Assembly (NCBI GenBank): GCA_964016885.1
Contig: OZ024748.1
Location: 37,386,001 to 37,450,000, forward strand
Direction: 5' to 3'
Length of the DNA stretch: 64,000 nucleotides
From: Eledone cirrhosa
Lineage: Eukaryota
The notes below the pieces were generated by a model, which worked only from the letters and a program-made list of their open reading frames with translations, searched no databases and was not told the DNA's origin. The position numbers and the translations under genes were made by a program. Positions within the stretch are counted from its first letter, which is position 1. Each line of letters begins with the position of its first letter. Of the stretch, positions 24,801-38,169 are shown in pieces.

Positions 24801-27800
24801 TCAGTGTTAACTACCTCTAGATATAGTATGACAATGTCAGTGTCAGTGTTTACTACCTCTAGATCTAGTATGACAATGTTAGTGTCAGTGTTAACTACCT
24901 CTAGATCTAGTGTGACAATGTTAGTGTCAGTGTTAACTACCTCTAGATATAGTATGACAATGTCAGTGTCAGTGTTAACTACCTCTAGATCTAGTATGAC
25001 AATGTCAGTGTCAGTGTTAACTACCACAAGATCTAGTGTGACAATGTTAGTGTCAGTGTTAACTACCTCTAGATATAGTATGACAATGTCAGTGTCAGTG
25101 TTTACTACCTCTAGATCTAGTATGACAATGTTAGTGTCAGTGTTAACTACCTCTAGATCTAGTGTGACAATGTTAGTGTCAGTGTTAACTACCTCTAGAT
25201 ATAGTATGACAATGTTAGTGTCAGTGTTAACTACCTCTAGATCTAGTATGACAACGTTAGTGTCAGTGTTAACTACCTCTAGATCTAGTATGACAATGTT
25301 AGTGTCAGTGTTAACTACCTCTAGATCTAGTATGACAATGTTAGTGTCAGTGTTAACTACCTCTAGATATAGTATGACAATGTCAGTGTCAGTGTTAACT
25401 ACCTCTAGATCTAGTATGACAATGTCAGTGTCATGGTTAACTACCTCTAGATCTAGTGTGACAATGTTAGTGTCAGTGTTAACTACCACTAGATCTAGTA
25501 TGACAATGTCAGTGTCAGTGTTAACTCCCTCTAGATCTAGTATGACAATTTTAGTGTCAGTGTTAACTACCACTAGATCTAGTATGACAATGTCAGTGTC
25601 AGGGTTAACTACCTCAAGATCTAGTGTGACAATGTTAGTGTCAGTGTTAACTACCACTAGATCTAGTATGACAATGTCAGAGTTAACTACCTCTAGATGT
25701 AATATGACAATGTCAGTGTCAGTGTTAACTACCTCTAGATCTAGTATGACAATATCAGTGTCAGTGTTAACTACCTCTAGATCTAGTGTGACAATGTCAG
25801 TGTCAGTGTTAACTACCTCTAGATCTAGTATGACAATGTCAGTGTCAGTGTTAACTACCTCTAGATCTAGTGTGACAATGTCAGTGTCAGTGTTAACTAC
25901 CTCTAGATCTAGTATGACAATGTTAGTGTCAGTGTTAACTATCTCTAGATCTAGTGTGACAATGTTAGTGTCAGTGTTAACTACCTCTAGATATAGTATG
26001 ACAATGTCAGTGTCAGTGTTAACTACCTCTAGATCTAGTGTGACAATGTCAGTGTCAGTGTTAACTACCTCTAGATCTAGTATGACAATGTTAGTGTCAG
26101 TGTTAACTATCTCTATATCTAGTGTGACAATGTTAGTGTCAGTGTTAACTACCTCTAGATATAGTATGACAATGTCAGTGTCAGTGTTAACTACCTCTAG
26201 ATCTAGTATGACAATGTCAGTGTCAGTGTTAACTACCACAAGATCTAGTGTGACAATGTTAGTGTCAGTGTTAACTACCTCTAGATATAGTATGACAATG
26301 TCAGTGTCAGTGTTTACTACCTCTAGATCTAGTATGACAATGTTAGTGTCAGTGTTAACTACCTCTAGATCTAGTGTGACAATGTTAGTGTCAGTGTTAA
26401 CTACCTCTAGATATAGTATGACAATGTTAGTGTCAGTGTTAACTACCTCTAGATCTAGTATGACAATGTTAGTGTCAGTGTTAACTACCTCTAGATCTAG
26501 TATGACAATGTTAGTGTCAGTGTTAACTACCTCTAGATCTAGTTTGACAATGTTAGTGTCAGTGTTAACTACCGCTAGATATAGTATGACAATGTCAGTG
26601 TCAGTGTTAACTACCTCTAGATCTAGTATGACAATGTCAGTGTCATGCTTAACTACCTCTAGATCTAGTGTGACAATGTTAGTGTCAGTGTTAACTACCA
26701 CTAGATCTAGTATGACAATGTCAGTGTCAGTGTTAACTACCTCTAGATCTAGTATGACAATGTTAGTGTCAGTGTTAACTACCACTAGATCTAGTATGAC
26801 AACGTCAGTGTCAGGGTTAACTACCTCAAGATCTAGTGTGACAATGTTAGTGTCAGTGTTAACTACCTCTAGATCTAGTATGACAATGTTAGTGTCAGTG
26901 TTAACTACCACTAGATCTAGTGTGACAATGTCAGTGTCAGTGTTAACTACCTCTAGATCTAGTATGACAATGTCAGTGTCAGTGTTAACTACCTCTAGAT
27001 CTAGTGTGACAATGTTAGTGTCAGTGTTAACTACCTCTAGATATAGTATGACAATGTCAGTGTCAGTGTTAACTACCTCTAGATCTAGTGTGACAATGTC
27101 AGTGTCAGTGTTAACTACCTCTAGATCTAGTATGACAATGTTAGTGTCAGTGTTAACTATCTCTATATCTAGTGTGACAATGTTAGTGTCAGTGTTAACT
27201 ACCTCTAGATATAGTATGACAATGTCAGTGTCAGTGTTAACTACCTCTAGATCTAGTATGACAATGTCAGTGTCAGTGTTAACTACCACAAGATCTAGTG
27301 TGACAATGTTAGTGTCAGTGTTAACTACCTCTAGATATAGTATGACAATGTCAGTGTCAGTGTTTACTACCTCTAGATCTAGTATGACAATGTTAGTGTC
27401 AGTGTTAACTACCTCTAGATCTAGTATGACAATGTTAGTGTCAGTGTTAACTACCTCTAGATCTAGTGTGACAATGTTAGTGTCAGTGTTAACTACCTCA
27501 AGATCTAGTGTGACAATGTTAGTGTCAGTGTTAACTACCTCTAGTTATAGTATGACAATGTTAGTGTCAGTGTTAACTACCTGTAGATCTAGTATGACAA
27601 TATCAGTGTCAGTGTTAACTACCTCTAGATCTAGTATGACAATGTTAGTGTCAGTGTTATCTACCTCTAGATCTAGTATGACAATGTCAGTGTCAGTGTT
27701 AACTAACTCTAGATCTAGTGAGACGATGTTAGTGTCAGTGTTAACTACCTGTAGATCTAGTATGACAATGTCAGTGTCAGGGTTAACTAGCTCTAGATCT

Positions 27801-30280
27801 AGTATGACAATGTTAGTGTCAGTGTTAACTACCACTAGATCTAGTGTGACAATGTTAGTGTCAGTGTTAACTACCTCTAGATCTAGTGTGACAATGTTAG
27901 TGTCAGTGTTAACTACCACTAGATCTAGTGTGACAATGTTAGTGTCAGTGTTAACTACCTCTAGATATAGTATGACAATGTCAGTGTCAGTGTTAACTAC
28001 CTCTAGATCTAGTATGACAATGTCAGTGTCAGTGTTAACTACCACAAGATCTAGTGTGACAATGTTAGTGTCAGTGTTAACTACCTCTAGATATAGTATG
28101 ACAATGTCAGTGTCAGTGTTTACTACCTCTAGATCTAGTATGACAATGTTAGTGTCAGTGTTAACTACCTCTAGATCTAGTGTGACAATGTTAGTGTCAG
28201 TGTTAACTACCTCTAGATATAGTATGACAATGTCAGTGTCAGTGTTAACTACCTCTAGATCTAGTATGACAATGTCAGTGTCAGTGTTAACTACCACAAG
28301 ATCTAGTGTGACAATGTTAGTGTCAGTGTTAACTACCTCTAGATATAGTATGACAATGTCAGTGTCAGTGTTTACTACCTCTAGATCTAGTATGACAATG
28401 TTAGTGTCAGTGTTAACTACCTCTAGATCTAGTGTGACAATGTTAGTGTCAGTGTTAACTACCTCTAGATATAGTATGACAATGTTAGTGTCAGTGTTAA
28501 CTACCTCTAGATCTAGTATGACAACGTTAGTGTCAGTGTTAACTACCTCTAGATCTAGTATGACAATGTTAGTGTCAGTGTTAACTACCTCTAGATCTAG
28601 TATGACAATGTTAGTGTCAGTGTTAACTACCTCTAGATATAGTATGACAATGTCAGTGTCAGTGTTAACTACCTCTAGATCTAGTATGACAATGTCAGTG
28701 TCATGGTTAACTACCTCTAGATCTAGTGTGACAATGTTAGTGTCAGTGTTAACTACCACTAGATCTAGTATGATAATGTCAGTGTCAGTGTTAACTCCCT
28801 CTAGATCTAGTATGACAATTTTAGTGTCAGTGTTAACTACCACTAGATCTAGTATGACAATGTCAGTGTCAGGGTTAACTACCTCAAGATCTAGTGTGAC
28901 AATGTTAGTGTCAGTGTTAACTACCACTAGATCTAGTATGACAATGTCAGAGTTAACTACCTCTAGATGTAATATGACAATGTCAGTGTCAGTGTTAACT
29001 ACCTCTAGATCTAGTATGACAATATCAGTGTCAGTGTTAACTACCTCTAGATCTAGTGTGACAATGTCAGTGTCAGTGTTAACTACCTCTAGATCTAGTA
29101 TGACAATGTCAGTGTCAGTGTTAACTACCTCTAGATCTAGTGTGACAATGTCAGTGTCAGTGTTAACTACCTCTAGATCTAGTATGACAATGTTAGTGTC
29201 AGTGTTAACTATCTCTAGATCTAGTGTGACAATGTTAGTGTCAGTGTTTACTACCTCTAGATATAGTATGACAATGTCAGTGTCAGTGTTAACTACCTCT
29301 AGATCTAGTGTGACAATGTCAGTGTCAGTGTTAACTACCTCTAGATCTAGTATGACAATGTTAGTGTCAGTGTTAACTATCTCTATATCTAGTGTGACAA
29401 TGTTAGTGTCAGTGTTAACTACCTCTAGATATAGTATGACAATGTCAGTGTCAGTGTTAACTACCTCTAGATCTAGTATGACAATGTCAGTGTCAGTGTT
29501 AACTACCACAAGATCTAGTGTGACAATGTTAGTGTCAGTGTTAACTACCTCTAGATATAGTATGACAATGTCAGTGTCAGTGTTTACTACCTCTAGATCT
29601 AGTATGACAATGTTAGTGTCAGTGTTAACTACCTCTAGATCTAGTGTGACAATGTTAGTGTCAGTGTTAACTACCTCTAGATATAGTATGACAATGTTAG
29701 TGTCAGTGTTAACTACCTCTAGATCTAGTATGACAATGTTAGTGTCAGTGTTAACTACCTCTAGATCTAGTATGACAATGTTAGTGTCAGTGTTAACTAC
29801 CTCTAGATCTAGTGTGACAATGTTAGTGTCAGTGTTAACTACCGCTAGATATAGTATGACAATGTCAGTGTCAGTGTTAACTACCTCTAGATCTAGTATG
29901 ACAATGTCAGTGTCATGCTTAACTACCTCTAGATCTAGTGTGACAATGTTAGTGTCAGTGTTAACTACCACTAGATCTAGTATGACAATGTCAGTGTCAG
30001 TGTTAACTACCTCTAGATCTAGTATGACAATGTTAGTGTCAGTGTTAACTACCACTAGATCTAGTATGACAACGTCAGTGTCAGGGTTAACTACCTCAAG
30101 ATCTAGTGTGACAATGTTAGTGTCAGTGTTAACTACCTCTAGATCTAGTATGACAATGTTAGTGTCAGTGTTAACTACCACTAGATCTAGTGTGACAATG
30201 TCAGTGTCAGTGTTAACTACCTCTAGATCTAGTATGACAATGTCAGTGTCAGTGTTAACTACCTCTAGATCTAGTATGAC
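21900..30280. repeat. Nested tandem duplications with offsets 2220 and 3270 bp
   Basis: The AGTTATAG cassette sits at 22055, 24275 and 27545. ACCGCT at 26571/29841 and ATGCTT at 26645/29915 give offset 3270. Boundaries are approximate. Confidence 0.8.
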
Positions 30281-33200
30281 AATGTTAGTGTCAGTGTTAA
30301 CTACCTCTAGATCTAGTATGACAATGTTAGTGTCAGTGTTAACTACCTCTAGATCTAGTGTGACAATGTTAGTGTCAGTGTTAACTACCTCAAGATCTAG
30401 TGTGACAATGTTAGTGTCAGTGTTAACTACCTCTAGTTATAGTATGACAATGTTAGTGTCAGTGTTAACTACCTGTAGATCTAGTATGACAATATCAGTG
30501 TCAGTGTTAACTACCTCTAGATCTAGTATGACAATGTTAGTGTCAGTGTTATCTACCTCTAGATCTAGTATGACAATGTCAGTGTCAGTGTTAACTACCT
30601 CTAGATCTAGTGAGACGATGTTAGTGTCAGTGTTAACTACCTGTAGATCTAGTATGACAATGTCAGTGTCAGGGTTAACTAGCTCTAGATCTAGTATGAC
30701 AATGTTAGTGTCAGTGTTAACTACCACTAGATCTAGTATGACAATGTTAGTGTCAGTGTTAACTACCTCTAGATCTAGTGTGACAATGTTAGTGTCAGTG
30801 TTAACTACCACTAGATCTAGTGTGACAATGTTAGTGTCAGTGTTAACTACCTCTAAATATAGTATGACAATGTCAGTGTCAGTGTTAACTACCTCTAGAT
30901 CTAGTATGACAATGTCAGTGTCAGTGTTAACTACCACAAGATCTAGTGTGACAATGTTAGTGTCAGTGTTAACTACCTCTAGATATAGTATGACAATGTC
31001 AGTGTCAGTGTTTACTACCTCTAGATCTAGTATGACAATGTTAGTGTCAGTGTTAACTACCTCTAGATCTAGTATGACAATGTTAGTGTCAGTGTTAACT
31101 ACCTCTAGATATAGTATGACAATGTTAGTGTCAGTGTTAACTACCTCTAGATCTACTATGACAATGTCAGTGTCAGTGTTAACTACCACTAGATCTAGTA
31201 TGACAATGTCAGAGTTAACTACCTCTAGATGTAATATGACAATGTCAGTGTCAGTGTTAACTACCTCTAGATCTAGTATGACAATGTCAGTGTCAGTGTT
31301 AACTACCTCTAGATCTAGTGTGACAATGTCAGTGTCAGTGTTAACTACCTCTAGATCTAGTATGACAATGTTAGTGTCAGTGTTAACTATCTCTAGATCT
31401 AGTGTGACAATGTTAGTGTCAGTGTTAACTACCTCTAGATATAGTATGACAATGTCAGTGTCAGTGTTAACTACCTCTAGATCTAGTGTGACAATGTCAG
31501 TGTCAGTGTTAACTACCTCTAGATCTAGTATGACAATGTCAGTGTCAGTGTTAACTACCTCTAGATCTAGTGTAACAATGTCAGTGTCAGTGTTAACTAC
31601 CTCTAGATCTAGTATGACAATGTTAGTGTCAGTGTTAACTATCTCTAGATCTAGTGTGACAATGTTAGTGTCAGTGTTAACTACCTCTAGATATAGTGTG
31701 ACAATGTTAGTGTCAGTGTTAACTACCTCTAGATATAGTATGACAATGTCAGTGTCAGTGTTAACTACCTCTACATCTAGTATGACAATGTTAGTGTCAG
31801 TGTTAACTATCTCTAGATCTAGTGTGACAATGTTAGTGTCAGTGTTAACTACCTCTAGATATAGTATGACAATGTCAGTGTCAGTGTTAACTACCTCTAG
31901 ATCTAGTGTGACAATGTCAGTGTCAGTGTTAACTACCTCTAGATCTAGTATGACAATGTCAGTGTCAGTGTTAACTACCTCTAGATCTAGTGTAACAATG
32001 TCAGTGTCAGTGTTAACTACCTCTAGATCTAGTATGACAATGTTAGTGTCAGTGTTAACTATCTCTAGATCTAGTGTGACAATGTTAGTGTCAGTGTTAA
32101 CTACCTCTAGATATAGTATGACAATGTCAGTGTCAGTGTTAACTACCTCTAGATCTAGTGTGACAATGTCAGTGTCAGTGTTAACTACCTCTAGATCTAG
32201 TATGACAATGTTAGTGTCAGTGTTAACTATCTCTAGATCTAGTGTGACAATGTCAGTGTCAGTGTTAACTACCTCTAGATCTAGTATGACAATGTTAGTG
32301 TCAGTGTTAACTACCTCTAGATCTAGTGTGACAATGTCAGTGTCAGTGTTAACTACCTCAAGATCTAGTATGACAATGTCAGTGTCAGTGTTAACTACCT
32401 CTAGATCTAGTGTGACAATGTCAGTGTCAGTGTTAACTACCTCTAGATCTAGTATGACAATGTTAGTGTCAGTGTTAACTATCTCTAGATCTAGTGTGAC
32501 AATGTTAGTGTCAGTGTTAACTACCTCTAGATATAGTATGACAATGTCAGTGTCAGTGTTAACTACCTCTAGATCTAGTGTGACAATGTCAGTGTCAGTG
32601 TTAACTACCTCTAGATCTAGTATGACAATGTTAGTGTCAGTGTTAACTATCTCTAGATCTAGTGTGACAATGTTAGTGTCAGTGTTAACTACCTCTAGAT
32701 ATAGTATGACAATGTCAGTGTCAGTGTTAACTACCTCTAGATCTAGTATGACAATGTCAGTGTCAGTGTTAACTACCACAAGATCTAGTGTGACAATGTT
32801 AGTGTCAGTGTTAACTACCTCTAGATATAGTATGACAATGTCAGTGTCAGTGTTTACTACCTCTAGATCTAGTATGACAATGTTAGTGTCAGTGTTAACT
32901 ACCTCTAGATCTAGTGTGACAATGTTAGTGTCAGTGTTAACTACCTCTAGATATAGTATGACAATGTTAGTGTCAGTGTTAACTACCTCTAGATCTAGTA
33001 TGACAACGTTAGTGTCAGTGTTAACTACCTCTAGATCTAGTATGACAATGTTAGTGTCAGTGTTAACTACCTCTAGATCTAGTATGACAATGTTAGTGTC
33101 AGTGTTAACTACCTCTAGATATAGTATGACAATGTCAGTGTCAGTGTTAACTACCTCTAGATCTAGTATGACAATGTCAGTGTCATGGTTAACTACCTCT

Positions 33201-35759
33201 AGATCTAGTGTGACAATGTTAGTGTCAGTGTTAACTACCACTAGATCTAGTATGACAATGTCAGTGTCAGCGTTAACTCCCTCTAGATCTAGTATGACAA
33301 TTTTAGTGTCAGTGTTAACTACCACTAGATCTAGTATGACAATGTCAGTGTCAGGGTTAACTACCTCAAGATCTAGTGTGACAATGTTAGTGTCAGTGTT
33401 AACTACCACTAGATCTAGTATGACAATGTCAGAGTTAGCTACCTCTAGATGTAATATGACAATGTCAGTGTCAGTGTTAACTACCTCTAGATCTAGTATG
33501 ACAATATCAGTGTCAGTGTTAACTACCTCTAGATCTAGTGTGACAATGTCAGTGTCAGTGTTAACTACCTCTAGATCTAGTATGACAATGTCAGTGTCAG
33601 TGTTAACTACCTCTAGATCTAGTGTGACAATGTCAGTGTCAGTGTTAACTACCTCTAGATCTAGTATGACAATGTTAGTGTCAGTGTTAACTATCTCTAG
33701 ATCTAGTGTGACAATGTTAGTGTCAGTGTTAACTACCTCTAGATATAGTATGACAATGTCAGTGTCAGTGTTAACTACCTCTAGATCTAGTGTGACAATG
33801 TCAGTGTCAGTGTTAACTACCTCTAGATCTAGTATGACAATGTTAGTGTCAGTGTTAACTATCTCTAGATCTAGTGTGACAATGTTAGTGTCAGTGTTAA
33901 CTACCTCTAGATATAGTATGACAATGTCAGTGTCAGTGTTAACTACCTCTAGATCTAGTATGACAATGTCAGTGTCAGTGTTAACTACCACAAGATCTAG
34001 TGTGACAATGTTAGTGTCAGTGTTAACTACCTCTAGATATAGTATGACAATGTCAGTGTCAGTGTTTACTACCTCTAGATCTAGTATGACAATGTTAGTG
34101 TCAGTGTTAACTACCTCTAGATCTAGTGTGACAATGTTAGTGTCAGTGTTAACTACCTCTAGATATAGTATGACAATGTTAGTGTCAGTGTTAACTACCT
34201 CTAGATCTAGTATGACAATGTTAGTGTCAGTGTTAACTACCTCTAGATCTAGTATGACAATGTTAGTGTCAGTGTTAACTACCTCTAGATCTAGTGTGAC
34301 AATGTTAGTGTCAGTGTTAACTACCTCTAGATATAGTATGACAATGTCAGTGTCAGTGTTAACTACCTCTAGATCTAGTATGACAATGTCAGTGTCATGC
34401 TTAACTACCTCTAGATCTAGTGTGACAATGTTAGTGTCAGTGTTAACTACCACTAGATCTAGTATGACAATGTCAGTGTCAGTGTTAACTACCTCTAGAT
34501 CTAGTATGACAATGTTAGTGTCAGTGTTAACTACCACTAGATCTAGTATGACAATGTCAGTGTCAGGGTTAACTACCTCAAGATCTAGTGTGACAATGTT
34601 AGTGTCAGTGTTAACTACCTCTAGATCTAGTATGACAATGTTAGTGTCAGTGTTAACTACCACTAGATCTAGTGTGACAATGTCAGTGTCAGTGTTAACT
34701 ACCTCTAGATCTAGTATGACAATGTCAGTGTCAGTGTTAACTACCTCTAGATCTAGTATGACAATGTTAGTGTCAGTGTTAACTACCTCTAGATCTAGTA
34801 TGACAATGTTAGTGTCAGTGTTAACTACCTCTAGATCTAGTGTGACAATGTTAGTGTCAGTGTTAACTACCTCAAGATCTAGTGTGACAATGTTAGTGTC
34901 AGTGTTAACTACCTCTAGTTATAGTATGACAATGTTAGTGTCAGTGTTAACTACCTGTAGATCTAGTATGACAATATCAGTGTCAGTGTTAACTACCTCT
35001 AGATCTAGTATGACAATGTTAGTGTCAGTGTTATCTACCTCTAGATCTAGTATGACAATGTCAGTGTCAGTGTTTACTACCTCTAGATCTAGTATGACAA
35101 TGTTAGTGTCAGTGTTAACTACCTCTAGATCTAGTATGACAATGTTAGTGTCAGTGTTAACTACCTCTAGATATAGTATGACAATGTTAGTGTCAGTGTT
35201 AACTACCACTAGATCTAGTATGACAATGTTAGTGTCAGTGTTAACTACCTCTAGATCTAGTGTGACAATGTTAGTGTCAGTGTTAACTACCACTAGATCT
35301 AGTGTGACAATGTTAGTGTCAGTGTTAACTACCTCTAGATATAGTATGACAATGTCAGTGTCAGTGTTAACCACCTCTAGATCTAGTATGACAATGTCAG
35401 TGTCAGTGTTAACTACCACAAGATCTAGTGTGACAATGTTAGTGTCAGTGTTAACTACCTCTAGATATAGTATGACAATGTCAGTGTCAGTGTTTACTAC
35501 CTCTAGATCTAGTATGACAATGTTAGTGTCAGTGTTAACTACCTCTAGATCTAGTATGACAATGTTAGTGTCAGTGTTAACTACCTCTAGATATAGTATG
35601 ACAATGTTAGTGTCAGTGTTAACTACCTCTAGATCTACTATGACAATGTCAGTGTCAGTGTTAACTACCACTAGATCTAGTATGACAATGTCAGAGTTAA
35701 CTACCTCTAGATGTAATATGACAATGTCAGTGTCAGTTTTAACTACCTCTAGATCTAGT

Positions 35760-36600
35760 ATGACAATGTCAGTGTCAGTGTTAACTACCTCTAGATCTAG
35801 TGTGACAATGTCAGTGTCAGTGTTAACTACCTCTAGATCTAGTATGACAATGTCAGTGTCAGTGTTAACTACCTCTAGATCTAGTGTGACAATGTCAGTG
35901 TCAGTGTTAACTACCTCTAGATCTAGTATGACAATGTTAGTGTCAGTGTTAACTATCTCTAGATCTAGTGTGACAATGTTAGTGTCAGTGTTAACTACCT
36001 CTAGATATAGTATGACAATGTCAGTGTCAGTGTTAACTACCTCTAGATCTAGTGTGACAATGTCAGTGTCAGTGTTAACTACCTCTAGATCTAGTATGAC
36101 AATGTTAGTGTCAGTGTTAACTATCTCTAGATCTAGTGTGACAATGTCAGTGTCAGTGTTAACTACCTCTAGATCTAGTATGACAATGTTAGTGTCAGTG
36201 TTAACTACCTCTAGATCTAGTGTGACAATGTCAGTGTCAGTGTTAACTACCTCTAGATCTAGTATGACAATGTCAGTGTCAGTGTTAACTACCTCTAGAT
36301 CTAGTGTGACAATGTCAGTGTCAGTGTTAACTACCTCTAGATCTAGTATGACAATGTTAGTGTCAGTGTTAACTATCTCTAGATCTAGTGTGACAATGTT
36401 AGTGTCAGTGTTAACTACCTCTAGATATAGTATGACAATGTCAGTGTCAGTGTTAACTACCTCTAGATCTAGTGTGACAATGTCAGTGTCAGTGTTAACT
36501 ACCTCTAGATCTAGTATGACAATGTTAGTGTCAGTGTTAACTATCTCTAGATCTAGTGTGACAATGTTAGTGTCAGTGTTAACTACCTCTAGATATAGTA
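35760..36600. repeat. Local dimer higher-order repeat (84 bp)
   Basis: The first monomer base alternates strictly A/G over 21 consecutive monomers (A35760, G35802 ... G36558, A36600). The same alternation is seen at 31782-32706. Confidence 0.85.
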
Positions 36601-38169
36601 TGACAATGTCAGTGTCAGTGTTAACTACCTCTAGATCTAGTATGACAATGTCAGTGTCAGTGTTAACTACCACAAGATCTAGTGTGACAATGTGAGTGTC
36701 AGTGTTAACTACCTCTAGATATAGTATGACAATGTCAGTGTCAGTGTTTACTACCTCTAGATCTAGTATGACAATGTTAGTGTCAGTGTTAACTACCTCT
36801 AGATCTAGTGTGACAATGTTAGTGTCAGTGTTAACTACCTCTAGATATAGTATGACAATGTTAGTGTCAGTGTTAACTACCTCTAGATCTAGTATGACAA
36901 CGTTAGTGTCAGTGTTAACTACCTCTAGATCTAGTATGACAATGTTAGTGTCAGTGTTAACTACCTCTAGATCTAGTATGACAATGTTAGTGTCAGTGTT
37001 AACTACCTCTAGATATAGTATGACAATGTCAGTGTCAGTGTTAACTACCTCTAGATCTAGTATGACAATGTCAGTGTCATGGTTAACTACCTCTAGATCT
37101 AGTGTGACAATGTTAGTGTCAGTGTTAACTACCACTAGATCTAGTATGACAATGTCAGTGTCAGTGTTAACTCCCTCTAGATCTAGTATGACAATTTTAG
37201 TGTCAGTGTTAACTACCACTAGATCTAGTATGACAATGTCAGTGTCAGGGTTAACTACCTCAAGATCTAGTGTGACAATGTTAGTGTCAGTGTTAACTAC
37301 CACTAGATCTAGTATGACAATGTCAGAGTTAACTACCTCTAGATGTAATATGACAATGTCAGTGTCAGTGTTAACTACCTCTAGATCTAGTATGACAATA
37401 TCAGTGTCAGTGTTAACTACCTCTAGATCTAGTGTGACAATGTCAGCGTCAGTGTTAACTACCTCTAGATCTAGTATGACAATGTCAGTGTCAGTGTTAA
37501 CTACCTCTAGATCTAGTGTGACAATGTCAGTGTCAGTGTTAACTACCTCTAGATCTAGTATGACAATGTTAGTGTCAGTGTTAACTATCTCTAGATCTAG
37601 TGTGACAATGTTAGTGTCAGTGTTAACTACCTCTAGATATAGTATGACAATGTCAGTGTCAGTGTTAACTACCTCTAGATCTAGTGTGACAATGTCAGTG
37701 TCAGTGTTAACTACCTCTAGATCTAGTATGACAATGTTAGTGTCAGTGTTAACTATCTCTAGATCTAGTGTGACAATGTTAGTGTCAGTGTTAACTACCT
37801 CTAGATATAGTATGACAATGTCAGTGTCAGTGTTAACTACCTCTAGATCTAGTATGACAATGTCAGTGTCAGTGTTAACTACCACAAGATCTAGTGTGAC
37901 AATGTTAGTGTCAGTGTTAACTACCTCTAGATATAGTATGACAATGTCAGTGTCAGTGTTTACTACCTCTAGATCTAGTATGACAATGTTAGTGTCAGTG
38001 TTAACTACCTCTAGATCTAGTGTGACAATGTTAGTGTCAGTGTTAACTACCTCTAGATATAGTATGACAATGTTAGTGTCAGTGTTAACTACCTCTAGAT
38101 CTAGTATGACAATGTTAGTGTCAGTGTTAACTACCTCTAGATCTAGTATGACAATGTTAGTGTCAGTGT

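Noticed and set aside
12330-36695. 8121-aa ORF and the other giant + strand ORFs as a mucin or adhesin gene
   Set aside because: They have no unique N- or C-terminal domain or signal peptide, their starts are arbitrary codons after a stop, the common variants are non-synonymous and stops are amplified. Openness follows from a stop-free 42-bp unit.
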